DNA of 32,000 bases from Isorropodon fossajaponicum endosymbiont JTNG4 (GTDB lineage: Bacteria; Pseudomonadota; Gammaproteobacteria; PS1; Pseudothioglobaceae): assembly GCF_016592615.1 (NCBI RefSeq), contig NZ_AP013043.1, positions 1,230,001 through 1,262,000 on the forward strand, in the 5' to 3' direction. This document shows positions 20,158-29,182 of the stretch, in pieces; position 1 is the first letter of the stretch; every line of letters starts with the position of its first letter. The translations under genes were made by a program, and so were the position numbers. The notes under the pieces were generated by a model. That model saw only the letters and a program-made list of their open reading frames with translations, was not told the DNA's origin and made no database searches.

Positions 20158-21576
20158 TCATTCTTTACTGCGGCCGTACATATCTTCAAATCTAACAATA
20201 TCATCCTCACCCAAATAAACACCACTTTGCACTTCAATAACCTCTAACGATTTGTTGGTTCTATTTTCTAAAGCATGTGTTGTGCCAATAGGAATATAAG
20301 CAGATTCTCCCTTATTTAAAGTAAAGGTTTTCTTGTCATTTATAACAGTTGCTGTACCACTTACAACCACCCAATGCTCTGCACGTTTGTAATGCATTTG
20401 TAATGATAATTTTGCACCTGGGTTGACATGAAGTCTTTTTACTTGAAAATATTCACCCGAATCAATAGAATCAAACCAACCCCATGGTCTGAAAACTTTT
20501 CGGTGTATTCCACCTTCATGTCTGTTGGAATTTTGCAACTTCTCAATAATAAATTTTACCTCTTGTGCTTTGTCGTGACTAGCAACAAAAGTAGCATCAG
20601 GCGTATCAACGATAATTAAATTCTCTACGCCAATCGTAGCCACCATGTGGTGATTTGCGTTAATATAAGTATTAATCGTATCTTTAGTAATAACGTCTCC
20701 TGAAATAACATTGTTGTTGTCATCTTTTATACCAACATTATAAAGTGCTGACCATGAACCAATATCATTCCATCGTGCATCTAATGGCACAACAACAACA
20801 TGATTACTTTTCTCCATCAATACATAATCAATTGAATCACTTGGTGAATCAGTAAATGCTTGTTTGTCTAAGCGAATAAAATCAAAATCTAGTATTGCAT
20901 TATCAACTGCTTTATTAACTGATTTAATGATATCGGGTGAATAAATAGTTAACTCATCAATCAGTGTGTTGGCTTGAAATACAAACATACCACTATTCCA
21001 AAAATAGTTATCTTGCTCCAAATACGATTGTGCAGTTTTCAAATTAGGTTTTTCAACAAATTTTTCAACTTGGTATGCACCATCAATATTGGTTTCAGAT
21101 GACTTAATATAACCATAATTAGTATCGGCTTGCGTTGGCACAATACCAAAAGTGACCAATTTTCCTGCTTGAGCTTGTTGAATAGCAACATAAACCGCCT
21201 TATGAAAGGCTTCAATGTCTTGAATAATATGATCAGCTGATAGTACAAGCAATATTACATCGTCTGATTGTTTAATTGATTGCAACGCTGCAGCCGCAAT
21301 AGCGGGGGCAGTATTTCTACCAACCGGCTCAAGTAAAATTGTTGGACTCTTAATACCAATTTCTCGACATTGTTGTGCAACTAAGAAACGATGCGCAAAA
21401 TTGCAAACAATCATAGGGTCTATAAAATTATCTAACCCATTTAGGCGCAAAATTGTTTCTTGCAACATGCTTTTATCACTTACTAAAGGCAGATACTGTT
21501 TAGGATGTTGCTTACGGGATAACGGCCATAACCTCGTACCAGAGCCACCAGATAAGATAACTGGCACTATATTCAT
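20158..21576 (-). CDS. manC: Bifunctional mannose-1-phosphate guanylyltransferase / mannose-6-phosphate isomerase
   Basis: 472 aa. PVILSGGSGTRLWPLSR, VEKFVEKP, FWNSGMFVF, RPWGWF and a C-terminal cupin (LSLQMHYKRAEHWVVVSGTA). Confidence 0.93.
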   Translation of the reverse strand: MNIVPVILSGGSGTRLWPLSRKQHPKQYLPLVSDKSMLQETILRLNGLDNFIDPMIVCNFAHRFLVAQQCREIGIKSPTILLEPVGRNTAPAIAAAALQSIKQSDDVILLVLSADHIIQDIEAFHKAVYVAIQQAQAGKLVTFGIVPTQADTNYGYIKSSETNIDGAYQVEKFVEKPNLKTAQSYLEQDNYFWNSGMFVFQANTLIDELTIYSPDIIKSVNKAVDNAILDFDFIRLDKQAFTDSPSDSIDYVLMEKSNHVVVVPLDARWNDIGSWSALYNVGIKDDNNNVISGDVITKDTINTYINANHHMVATIGVENLIIVDTPDATFVASHDKAQEVKFIIEKLQNSNRHEGGIHRKVFRPWGWFDSIDSGEYFQVKRLHVNPGAKLSLQMHYKRAEHWVVVSGTATVINDKKTFTLNKGESAYIPIGTTHALENRTNKSLEVIEVQSGVYLGEDDIVRFEDMYGRSKE

Positions 21577-21855
21577 AAATAATACCCTTGAATAAACGAG
21601 TTGGGACTAATCACACTCACCACCTAATCATTCCTAAATAAATCACATATATAAGTTGGTAAAAAATTGTTATTACACCATTTTATTTTAAAAACGCATA
21701 ATGTTAAATATTATCATTTAATGCTTTTTAGATAAAAACATAATATTGGATAATCCAACATAACTAGCCCTTAACGTTCATTAAATAATTACTATTAAAA
21801 AACATTTATACTTGTAATACCCCAATTTTCCATACAACTCTAAAGTAGAGGCTAG

Positions 21856-22641
21856 TCATCTTATCACGCCACCTAGGGCAAAGTGCGGTCGTTCGTTATT
21901 ATAAACCCATAACCACTGTGTGGTTGCATCTTGTGCTTGCTCAACAGAATCAAACAAATGCAGATCTAAACACTCTTGTCTTACTGTACGGTTAAATCTC
22001 TCAATGTAGGCATTTTGAGTTGGCTTACCTGGTTGGATGTACATTAACTCAATACCTAAGGCTTGTACCCAGTCTCTTAATGCTTGGCTAATGTATTCAG
22101 GACCATTATCACATCTGATAGCCTTGGGCTTGCCACGCCACTGAATCAAACGTTCTAATGATTGAATAACTCGTCTTGCTGGCATGGACAAGTCCACATC
22201 AATATTCAAGCCTTCCCGATTGTAATCATCGACAACATTAAAAGTTCTAATGTGCCTGCCATCAGTGAGTGAGTCTGACATAAAATCCATTGACCAAGTT
22301 TGGTTAATAGTTGTTGGCACACTCAGTGCTTCGGGTTTATCTCTTTTGATTCTTCTTCTTGGCTTGATTCTTAGATTGAGCTCCAGTTCTTGGTAAATGC
22401 GATACACTCGTTTATGGTTAAATTTGTAGTCTTTAACATTACGTAGATATAAATAGCACAGTTTAAAACCCCAACGCTTGTGCGTTGCGGTTAAGCGCAG
22501 TAGACAATCGGCAATTAAAGCATTGTCATCACTGAGTTTTGGTTGATAATAATAAGTGCTTTTACTAATGCTACAAACTTCGTAAATAAGTTTGATACTT
22601 GTGTTCTTATTTTGTTCATTGATGTTTAAAGCCATCCTCAC
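21856..22641 (-). CDS. IS-A transposase OrfB (copy 2)
   Basis: 261 aa, identical to 4449-5234. Confidence 0.85.
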   Translation of the reverse strand: MRMALNINEQNKNTSIKLIYEVCSISKSTYYYQPKLSDDNALIADCLLRLTATHKRWGFKLCYLYLRNVKDYKFNHKRVYRIYQELELNLRIKPRRRIKRDKPEALSVPTTINQTWSMDFMSDSLTDGRHIRTFNVVDDYNREGLNIDVDLSMPARRVIQSLERLIQWRGKPKAIRCDNGPEYISQALRDWVQALGIELMYIQPGKPTQNAYIERFNRTVRQECLDLHLFDSVEQAQDATTQWLWVYNNERPHFALGGVIR

Positions 22642-22656
22642 GCCACTGGGATGGCT

Positions 22657-22926
22657 TTAGAACTTTTTTGCTAAGGCATCCTTTGTAATTTGCAGTTTCA
22701 ACTCACTCTCAGCATACATACGCTTGAATTGAGCATTTTCTGATTCTAGCTCTTTTAAGCGTTTAACCATAGAGACAAAATCTGTATCACCGTATTTAGA
22801 TCTCCATTTGTAAAATGTGGCTTGAGACATTGCGTATTCACGGCATAGATCAGCCACAGATATGCCTGATTGGTTTTGTTTGAGTATGTTGACTATTTAT
22901 GACTCTGTATATCTTGATTTTTTCAT
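22657..22926 (-). pseudogene. IS-A transposase OrfA (copy 2), with the same in-frame TAA (22897-22899)
   Basis: Mirror of 4164-4433. Track ORF 22657-22857 is identical to 4233-4433. Confidence 0.75.
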
Positions 22927-23012
22927 GTGAAAACTCCTTATTTTTTATTATAGAATTTTCTACTTTAGAATGGTGGTTTTTTGGGGTATTACAGATGCGT
23001 TTATTGGGTTTA

Positions 23013-23653
23013 TCAAGCGGTATTCGTTATGGTTTGAGTAATAATTGTCTGGTCATTAGATATGGATTTGTATTTTTCTGCGAGAAAAGCATCAAGTTTA
23101 TTTTGGTTTTTTGTGCAGATTAGCAATTTAATATCCTCCCTATTAAAATTATAAATTCCAAAATTATCTAGAGGCATAATATTTGCATTTATTCTCGATA
23201 TATGTCCAAGCTAATTCTGAGCGTAATAATTTTTGCAATACTTGTAAATCACCGTCTTTTTTTACGTAAGCAGACATGCCGTTATAAAAATATAGTTCTT
23301 CATCATTACTGATTTCGGCAACAAAGTCTTTTTTAACAATTCTAGGAAAAAGCAGTTTGCTTTTTATTTTTTCTAATGATTGTGTTCTGCCAAAAGCATA
23401 CCAAATCGCGTATCTGCCATTGCCTTTGTCCCTCATAGAAAGTGTTTTTATGTACCAATAAATACGTATAAGCTTTGGGAAGTTTCTCAGAAAAGACACT
23501 TTCAGTTATAATTTTTATTTGATTGTTCTTGTTGTAGGCATACGGAAAAATAATTTTTTCTTTTAAGCTTGTTATGCTATTATTTTTATTCAATTTGTTT
23601 GAATTGATGATGTCTCTACATATATTTTTTTCAATTTTAGTGCCATCTTGCAT
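23013..23653 (-). pseudogene. C-terminal target-recognition (TaqI_C-like) part of an N6-adenine DNA methyltransferase / type IIG enzyme, with no catalytic domain and two frameshifts
   Basis: Pieced from three frames: KIIFPYAY...ITESVFSEKLPKAYTYLLVHKNT / LSMRDKGNGRYAIWYAFGRTQSLEKIKSKLLFPRIVKKDF...LQKLLRSELAWTYIENKCKYY / LDNFGIYNFNREDIKLLI..NKLDAFLAEKY...stop at 23013-23015. The pattern (iiFPY, yP.ay.YL...k..L..R, WYafGR.Q, Kll.P.i) is that of the TaqI-like C-terminal specificity domain. Confidence 0.6.
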
Positions 23654-23660
23654 ACAGTAT

Positions 23661-24068
23661 CTAGTTTTTAATTTTGTCTAAAAATGTAGAGTGTGCCATA
23701 CTCTCTGCACTTTCATCCATTAATCCTTTAATGTAAACTATATTTACATCCTCTCTGTCAGCCACAGCCTCATCGTCAAAAGAAGTTAAAACAAAGCATG
23801 GAAAATTTATTCTTTCACTTAAAATAGCTTTAACTAAATCCAGGCCGTCAAAACTAATATTGGCATTTTCTTCATGTAATTTATGGTCTGTTATTATTGC
23901 ATCAAAATTTTCTTTTTTAATTTCCAGCATAAAATTTTTTAAACTATTTTCTGACATTATTGTGATTAGTTCAAAATTTTTATCGGTATCATTTTTATTT
24001 ACATATCTTTTAAATCTGTTAATATCATGTTCAACTCCGTCTACAAATAATATTTTATATTTTTCCAT
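23661..24068 (-). CDS. Stand-alone response-regulator receiver (REC) domain protein
   Basis: Intact 135-aa ORF. KILFVDG, FDAIITDHKL (phospho-acceptor Asp position), GLDLVKAI, PCFVLTSF and VYIKG occupy the canonical REC positions. There is no output domain. The ATG lies 2 nt after the stop of the kinase remnant. Confidence 0.7.
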   Translation of the reverse strand: MEKYKILFVDGVEHDINRFKRYVNKNDTDKNFELITIMSENSLKNFMLEIKKENFDAIITDHKLHEENANISFDGLDLVKAILSERINFPCFVLTSFDDEAVADREDVNIVYIKGLMDESAESMAHSTFLDKIKN

Positions 24069-24070
24069 TT

Positions 24071-24226
24071 CTACTTTCTTATATATTTTCGAATAAACGA
24101 AATCCTAATGCCAAATCCTTTATTTTCTGGATACAATAATTTCACATTTCCATTATATTCCTTAACTATAGTGGCTACTAACCACATGCCTAGCCTTATT
24201 CAAACTTTGTTAGGTTGAATATTGCA
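24071..24226 (-). pseudogene. C-terminal remnant of a histidine-kinase-type ATPase (HATPase_c G2 box to stop), cut at the IS-B border
   Basis: Frame 24199-24071 reads IRLGMWLVATIVKEYNGNVKLLYPENKGFGIRISFIRKYIRK-stop. This resembles GxGLGLxIvkxIvexhgGxI...G.G..f.f of sensor kinases. A TGA lies just upstream, and no HisKA or sensor part is present anywhere in the window. Confidence 0.5.
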
Positions 24227-24292
24227 GTGCAATGCTCTAACCTACTTGGACACAAAGATAGCCTTATAATACAAACCATAAGGAGGTCAGTA

Positions 24293-24644
24293 ATGACACA
24301 ATATAAATCAAGAAAACAACGAGTGACTTTTACCGTTGAACATTCTGTTCAATACCCCCTTGAGGGGGGAACACTAGATTATGCCAAACTCATGGTGCAT
24401 GAGAATTACACCAATAAAAAAAATCATGATAATATCAGGAGCTTGCTCCTCAGCAGTTAGCAGATGGAGAAAACAATACCTAGCAGAGCTTGGTGGACAA
24501 ACACCAGAGTCAGGCAAAGCGCTGACTTCTGAACAACAAACAATACAACTGCTTGAGAAACAACTTTGGCGCGCACAAAGGGACAATGAAATCTTAAAAA
24601 AGGCAACAGCCTTGTTCGCTGTGGACAATCACCAAGTGATATGA
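24293..24644 (+). pseudogene. IS-B transposase OrfA (copy 2), split over two frames
   Basis: AAGGAGG 24280-24286 and ATG 24293 open a frame ending at 24460. The zipper part is track ORF 24381-24644 in the +1 frame. Confidence 0.6.
24596..24602 (+). promoter_or_regulatory. IS-B A AAA AAG -1 frameshift heptamer
   Basis: It is in X XXY YYZ register with the 24381 frame (TTA AAA AAG), and the -1 frame leads into orfB. Confidence 0.6.
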
Positions 24645-24769
24645 TTATCAAGATAAACAAGGCTTGCCAACAATACAATACTAAAGAATTATGAGCATTA
24701 CTCAAACTTCCTCGCAGTAGTTATTACTATCAAGTCAAAGATAAGCGAGTAAACAACAACACCAACGCT

Positions 24770-25499
<730 letters not shown>

Positions 25500-25597
25500 A
25501 ATGTGTCCAAGTAGGTTAGAGCATTGCACATACCTGCCAATGCATGTGCTTGAAGATTATCAGTAAAATCAAGTAATAAAGTTTCTTTATCAATTGT

Positions 25598-26172
25598 TTA
25601 ATTTTCATTAATACCAACAGGGATGAATGTCACCTTATTATCAATTACGCTGACTTGCTTTAAGCGCACCAATTCATCTAAAATGACTTTGGGAGATTTG
25701 TCTAAAGTAACGCCTTTGGCCAATGTGACAAAATCAGGCGTGTCATCTTCAGAAGAATAAGGAATGACTGGCTCTAAATCTTGTGCCACCCAAGTGGCAA
25801 GGATTCTTGCGGGAATACTAATCCACTCACGACTGGTTTTGGTTTTGTTGTTAATAAGTTGAGTCACGTAAGTTCTTGATAGCCCACTAACAATGCTAAC
25901 GGCAGCATCCGTTACTTTGCTGCTCTTGTTTTTAATATTTCATTGGCTTGCTCGACAAACACTTGTTTTATTGCAACATCAAACTCTTTATAGGTGGTGT
26001 CTAACTCTTGCCCCGTATTCACCATCGGGGCAATCGTTTTGGGAAAATTTTCTAAATTTTTTTTTTCAAAGTTCGCTGTTATATAGACAAAAGTTATTTG
26101 TGCAAGTTTATTTTTAACTTTTTTGTATTTATGCTTTATTGAGTATAAATTTAAACAGGCATTCTTGGTCAA
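25598..26172 (-). pseudogene. HTH-type protein (pattern reminiscent of the DUF6502 family), frameshifted
   Basis: Track ORF 25912-26172 ends ..VFVEQANEILKTRAAK-stop. The adjacent frame continues SSKVTDAAVSIVSGLSRTYVTQLINNK...ILATWVAQD...DFVTLAKGV..DKSPKVILDELVRLKQVSVIDNKVTFIPVG (track ORF 25598-25867). A plausible native start is ATG 26025. Confidence 0.45.
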
Positions 26173-26216
26173 GTATTGAGGTTTTCAGTGCTTAAAATCT
26201 TAAGGTAAGAACTGGC

Positions 26217-27671
26217 TTAGAATAGTGACAGTGCTAATTTCATCCAAAAATCTGGGAACAAACCAACTGCCAGTATCAAGGTGGCATTGATTGACAAAAC
26301 TAACTGCATGTCTATTGATGCGTGAATGGTTATATCTTTGTCAGTTTCATCAAAATACATGGATTTAATAATTTGTAAATAATAATAAGCACTAATAACA
26401 GCAAAGATAACAGCAAAGACTGCAACCGTTATAAATCCTGCTGATATTACTTGCTGAAGGATGAAAAATTTGGAATAAAAACCAACCAATGGTGGCACAC
26501 CTGCCATAGACAGCATGATAATTAGCATCATCAGTGCAAACCATGGGGAATGTTTACTAAGCCCCTTAAAGTCAGAAATTTGATCAACTTCAAAGCCTTG
26601 CTTGTTAAGTAGGATAATCATGCCAAACGCCGCTAAACTCATCAACACATAAACCAACATATAGAATGTGGCTGCGCCATAACCCGTTAGTGTTCCAGTG
26701 ACAAAGCCTAACATGATAAAACCAACGTGTGAAATGGTTGAATAGGCCAACATGCGTTTGATGTTGGTTTGCATGAGTGCCACAACAGAGCCCAGTGCAA
26801 TGGACAAAATAGACAGCACCATGAATAAATCTGACCAGTAGGCGTGCATGCTACCCAAGCCATCAACCAAAATGCGTACCAACATAGCAACTGCTGCAAT
26901 TTTAGGTACGGTTGAGATAAAGAGTGTGACTGAGGTTGGTGCGCCTTGATAGACATCAGGCACCCACATATGAAAAGGCACAGCGCCTAATTTAAAGGCG
27001 ATGCCAACCACCAAAAATACCAGGCCAAAATTAATAATTAGTATTTCTCTTGGGACAAGATTGGCGTTGGATGCAAAACTAGCAATGTCGCTAATATTAA
27101 GACTGCCACTAATGCCATAAATCATACTCATGCCGTATAACAATAAACCTGATGCAATTGCGCCTAAGAGGAAGTATTTTAGTGCTGCCTCAATAGCATC
27201 CGCCCTTTCACGTGCAATGGCAATTAGTGCGTACAATGACAAAGATAAAATTTCTAAGCCTAGATATAGGGTTAATAAACTATAGCCTGATACCATCACC
27301 ATCATGCCTAATACTGATAATAAGACCAAAACAAAATACTCGCCTCTAAAAAGTGAGTGCATCCTTAAATAATGACGCGAGTAAACCATGGCAACCATGG
27401 TAGCAGCCATCATAAATACTTTAAACACAGATGCCATGTTGTCCAACACGAACGAGTCACCAAAAATGATTGTCTGAGGGTGGTTAATTAAATCAAATGC
27501 CAGTAGTCCTGTGATTAATAAGCTGAGTTGGGTTAAATAATAGGTAACTTGCTTAAAGCATTTGTCTAGGAATAAATCTAGCAATAAAATTATTACAATT
27601 GCACTGAGTAAAAAAATCTCTGGTAGTGCAATCCATAAAGATGAGGTGTCAAATTCGATAAGATTGTTCAT
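26217..27671 (-). CDS. nuoN: NADH-quinone oxidoreductase subunit N
   Basis: 484-aa polytopic antiporter-like protein, last in the nuoK-L-M-N order. Contains GAVPFHMWVPDVYQGAPT. Confidence 0.92.
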   Translation of the reverse strand: MNNLIEFDTSSLWIALPEIFLLSAIVIILLLDLFLDKCFKQVTYYLTQLSLLITGLLAFDLINHPQTIIFGDSFVLDNMASVFKVFMMAATMVAMVYSRHYLRMHSLFRGEYFVLVLLSVLGMMVMVSGYSLLTLYLGLEILSLSLYALIAIARERADAIEAALKYFLLGAIASGLLLYGMSMIYGISGSLNISDIASFASNANLVPREILIINFGLVFLVVGIAFKLGAVPFHMWVPDVYQGAPTSVTLFISTVPKIAAVAMLVRILVDGLGSMHAYWSDLFMVLSILSIALGSVVALMQTNIKRMLAYSTISHVGFIMLGFVTGTLTGYGAATFYMLVYVLMSLAAFGMIILLNKQGFEVDQISDFKGLSKHSPWFALMMLIIMLSMAGVPPLVGFYSKFFILQQVISAGFITVAVFAVIFAVISAYYYLQIIKSMYFDETDKDITIHASIDMQLVLSINATLILAVGLFPDFWMKLALSLF

Positions 27672-27674
27672 AAG

Positions 27675-29180
27675 TTAAAGTTTAGACGTTAAAGCTTGAT
27701 GTAATAAATGCTCAATTGAGGTGTGCATCAGCTCAATCACTGGTTGTGGATACAAGCCCATGACCAATACTGCTACTGCCAAAATAGCAAGGATTGAAAA
27801 TTCACGAGCATTAATGTCTTTTAGGGTCGCTACAGCAGGATTGGTAACAGCACCCCAAAACACTCGTTTCACCATCCATAATGTATACGCCGCGCCTACA
27901 ATGAGTGTGCTTGCTGCTAATACGCCGTACCAAATATTTGCTTGAATAGCGCCTAGGATGACCATAAACTCTCCCACAAAACCTGAGGTGCCTGGTAGGC
28001 CTGCATTGGCCATTGCAAATAACACAGCAAAGCCTGTGAATTTAGGCATAGAGTTAATAACACCACCATAAGTTGATATTTCTCTTGAATGCAAACGATC
28101 ATACAACACACCCACCACTAAGAACATAGCGGCTGAAATAAAACCATGTGAAATCATTTGTACCATGGCACCTTCAAGACCCAATAACGCACCTTCTATT
28201 GCATCTGGCTTGTAGGCTAAAAATAAGGTGAATACACCTAATGTTACAAAACCCATGTGTGAAATTGAGGAATAGGCAATGAGTTTTTTCATATCGCGTT
28301 GAACAAGCGCCACAAAACCAATATAAACAATGGCAATGAGTGATAACACAATAATGATTTCTGAAAACTCTAATGAGGCATCAGGGGTGATGGGTAGTGA
28401 GAAGCGGAAAAAACCATAGCCCCCCATTTTTAACATGATTGCCGCTAGAATAACAGAACCGCCTGTTGGTGCTTGTACGTGTGCATCTGGTAGCCAAGTG
28501 TGCACGGGAAACATCGGTACTTTAACCGCAAATGCCATGAAAAATGCCCAGAAAATATAGCTTTGCTCCGCTAAACTTAATTCCAAATTGTGCATATCAA
28601 GGATTGAAAACGAGCCACCTTTGTTATACATATAAATGAGCGACACCAGCATAAATACCGAGCCTAAAAAGGTATACAGAAAGAATTTAATGGACGCATA
28701 CACACGATTGTCCCCGCCCAAAATACCAATAATCAACAGCATAGGAATTAATGATGCCTCCCAAAATGCATAAAATAAAATGGCGTCTAATGAGGAAAAC
28801 ACGCCAATAATCAAACCCTCCATCATCAAAAAAGCTGCCATATAATGAGCGCATCTTTTGGTAATCACTTCCCAACCTGCAACAATGACTAAAATTGTTG
28901 AAAAGGTTGTAAGGATAATGAGTGGCATAGAAATGCCATCTACCCCGATGTGATAATGAATGTTAAATTGTGATATCCAAGAGGTTTTTTCAACAAACTG
29001 CATCAAATGTGTTGATGAATCAAAACCTGTATAAAGGCTTAGTGACATCATAAAAACAAGTATTGAAATGATGACACTCACCCAACGGGCTGTATTGGCG
29101 CGATTGTTGCCAATAAAAATCACCAATACGCCAGAGAAAATCGGCAACCAAATTAGTAAACTAAGTAGCGAATTTTCCAT
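27675..29180 (-). CDS. nuoM: NADH-quinone oxidoreductase subunit M
   Basis: 501 aa. Contains FAVKVPMFPVHTWLPDAHVQAPTGGSVILA and LIAYSSISHMGF. Confidence 0.93.
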   Translation of the reverse strand: MENSLLSLLIWLPIFSGVLVIFIGNNRANTARWVSVIISILVFMMSLSLYTGFDSSTHLMQFVEKTSWISQFNIHYHIGVDGISMPLIILTTFSTILVIVAGWEVITKRCAHYMAAFLMMEGLIIGVFSSLDAILFYAFWEASLIPMLLIIGILGGDNRVYASIKFFLYTFLGSVFMLVSLIYMYNKGGSFSILDMHNLELSLAEQSYIFWAFFMAFAVKVPMFPVHTWLPDAHVQAPTGGSVILAAIMLKMGGYGFFRFSLPITPDASLEFSEIIIVLSLIAIVYIGFVALVQRDMKKLIAYSSISHMGFVTLGVFTLFLAYKPDAIEGALLGLEGAMVQMISHGFISAAMFLVVGVLYDRLHSREISTYGGVINSMPKFTGFAVLFAMANAGLPGTSGFVGEFMVILGAIQANIWYGVLAASTLIVGAAYTLWMVKRVFWGAVTNPAVATLKDINAREFSILAILAVAVLVMGLYPQPVIELMHTSIEHLLHQALTSKL

Positions 29181-29182
29181 AA

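Larger units (their letters stand above)
21805..23012 (-). mobile_element. IS-A copy 2 (inverted relative to copy 1)
   Basis: Mirror of 4078-5285 (coordinate x maps to 27090-x). The orfA, orfB and outward ORF translations are identical. The same 13-bp terminal repeats lie at 21813-21825 and 22981-22993. Confidence 0.9.

Noticed and set aside
21610-21624. GGTGGTGAGTGTGAT on the minus strand upstream of manC, as a possible ops/JUMPstart antitermination element (consensus GGCGGTAG).
   Set aside because: Only about 5 of 8 core positions match, and no surrounding JUMPstart-like conservation is evident.
4078-23012. The IS-A pair as a composite transposon carrying 16.5 kb of cargo.
   Set aside because: The cargo includes core genes (pmbA, corC, hisA, ubiquinone hydroxylase). 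Both copies look transposition-defective, and no target-site duplication brackets the unit. An invertible segment or recombination substrate is more plausible.
24209-24270. A junction promoter formed by the abutted IRR-like and IRL sequences (TTGAAT as -35, TATAAT at about 24264-24269 as -10).
   Set aside because: The spacing between the two hexamers is over 40 nt, far from the 16-18 nt needed.
24355-24369. GC-rich hairpin CCCCC-TTGA-GGGGG(G) in IS-B (also at about 13302-13316), considered as a terminator or attenuator.
   Set aside because: It lies inside the orfA coding frame (..YPLEGG..), has only a 5-bp stem and no following T-run. I cannot assign a function from sequence alone.
4191-24694. 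Stop-codon reassignment (TAA or TGA read as sense) as an explanation for the many in-frame stops.
   Set aside because: Housekeeping genes in the same window terminate at their expected lengths on TAA (nuoL, nuoM, nuoN), TGA (hisA) and TAG (grpE, nuoK). Frameshifts accompany the stops in the same genes. Pseudogenisation is the simpler reading.
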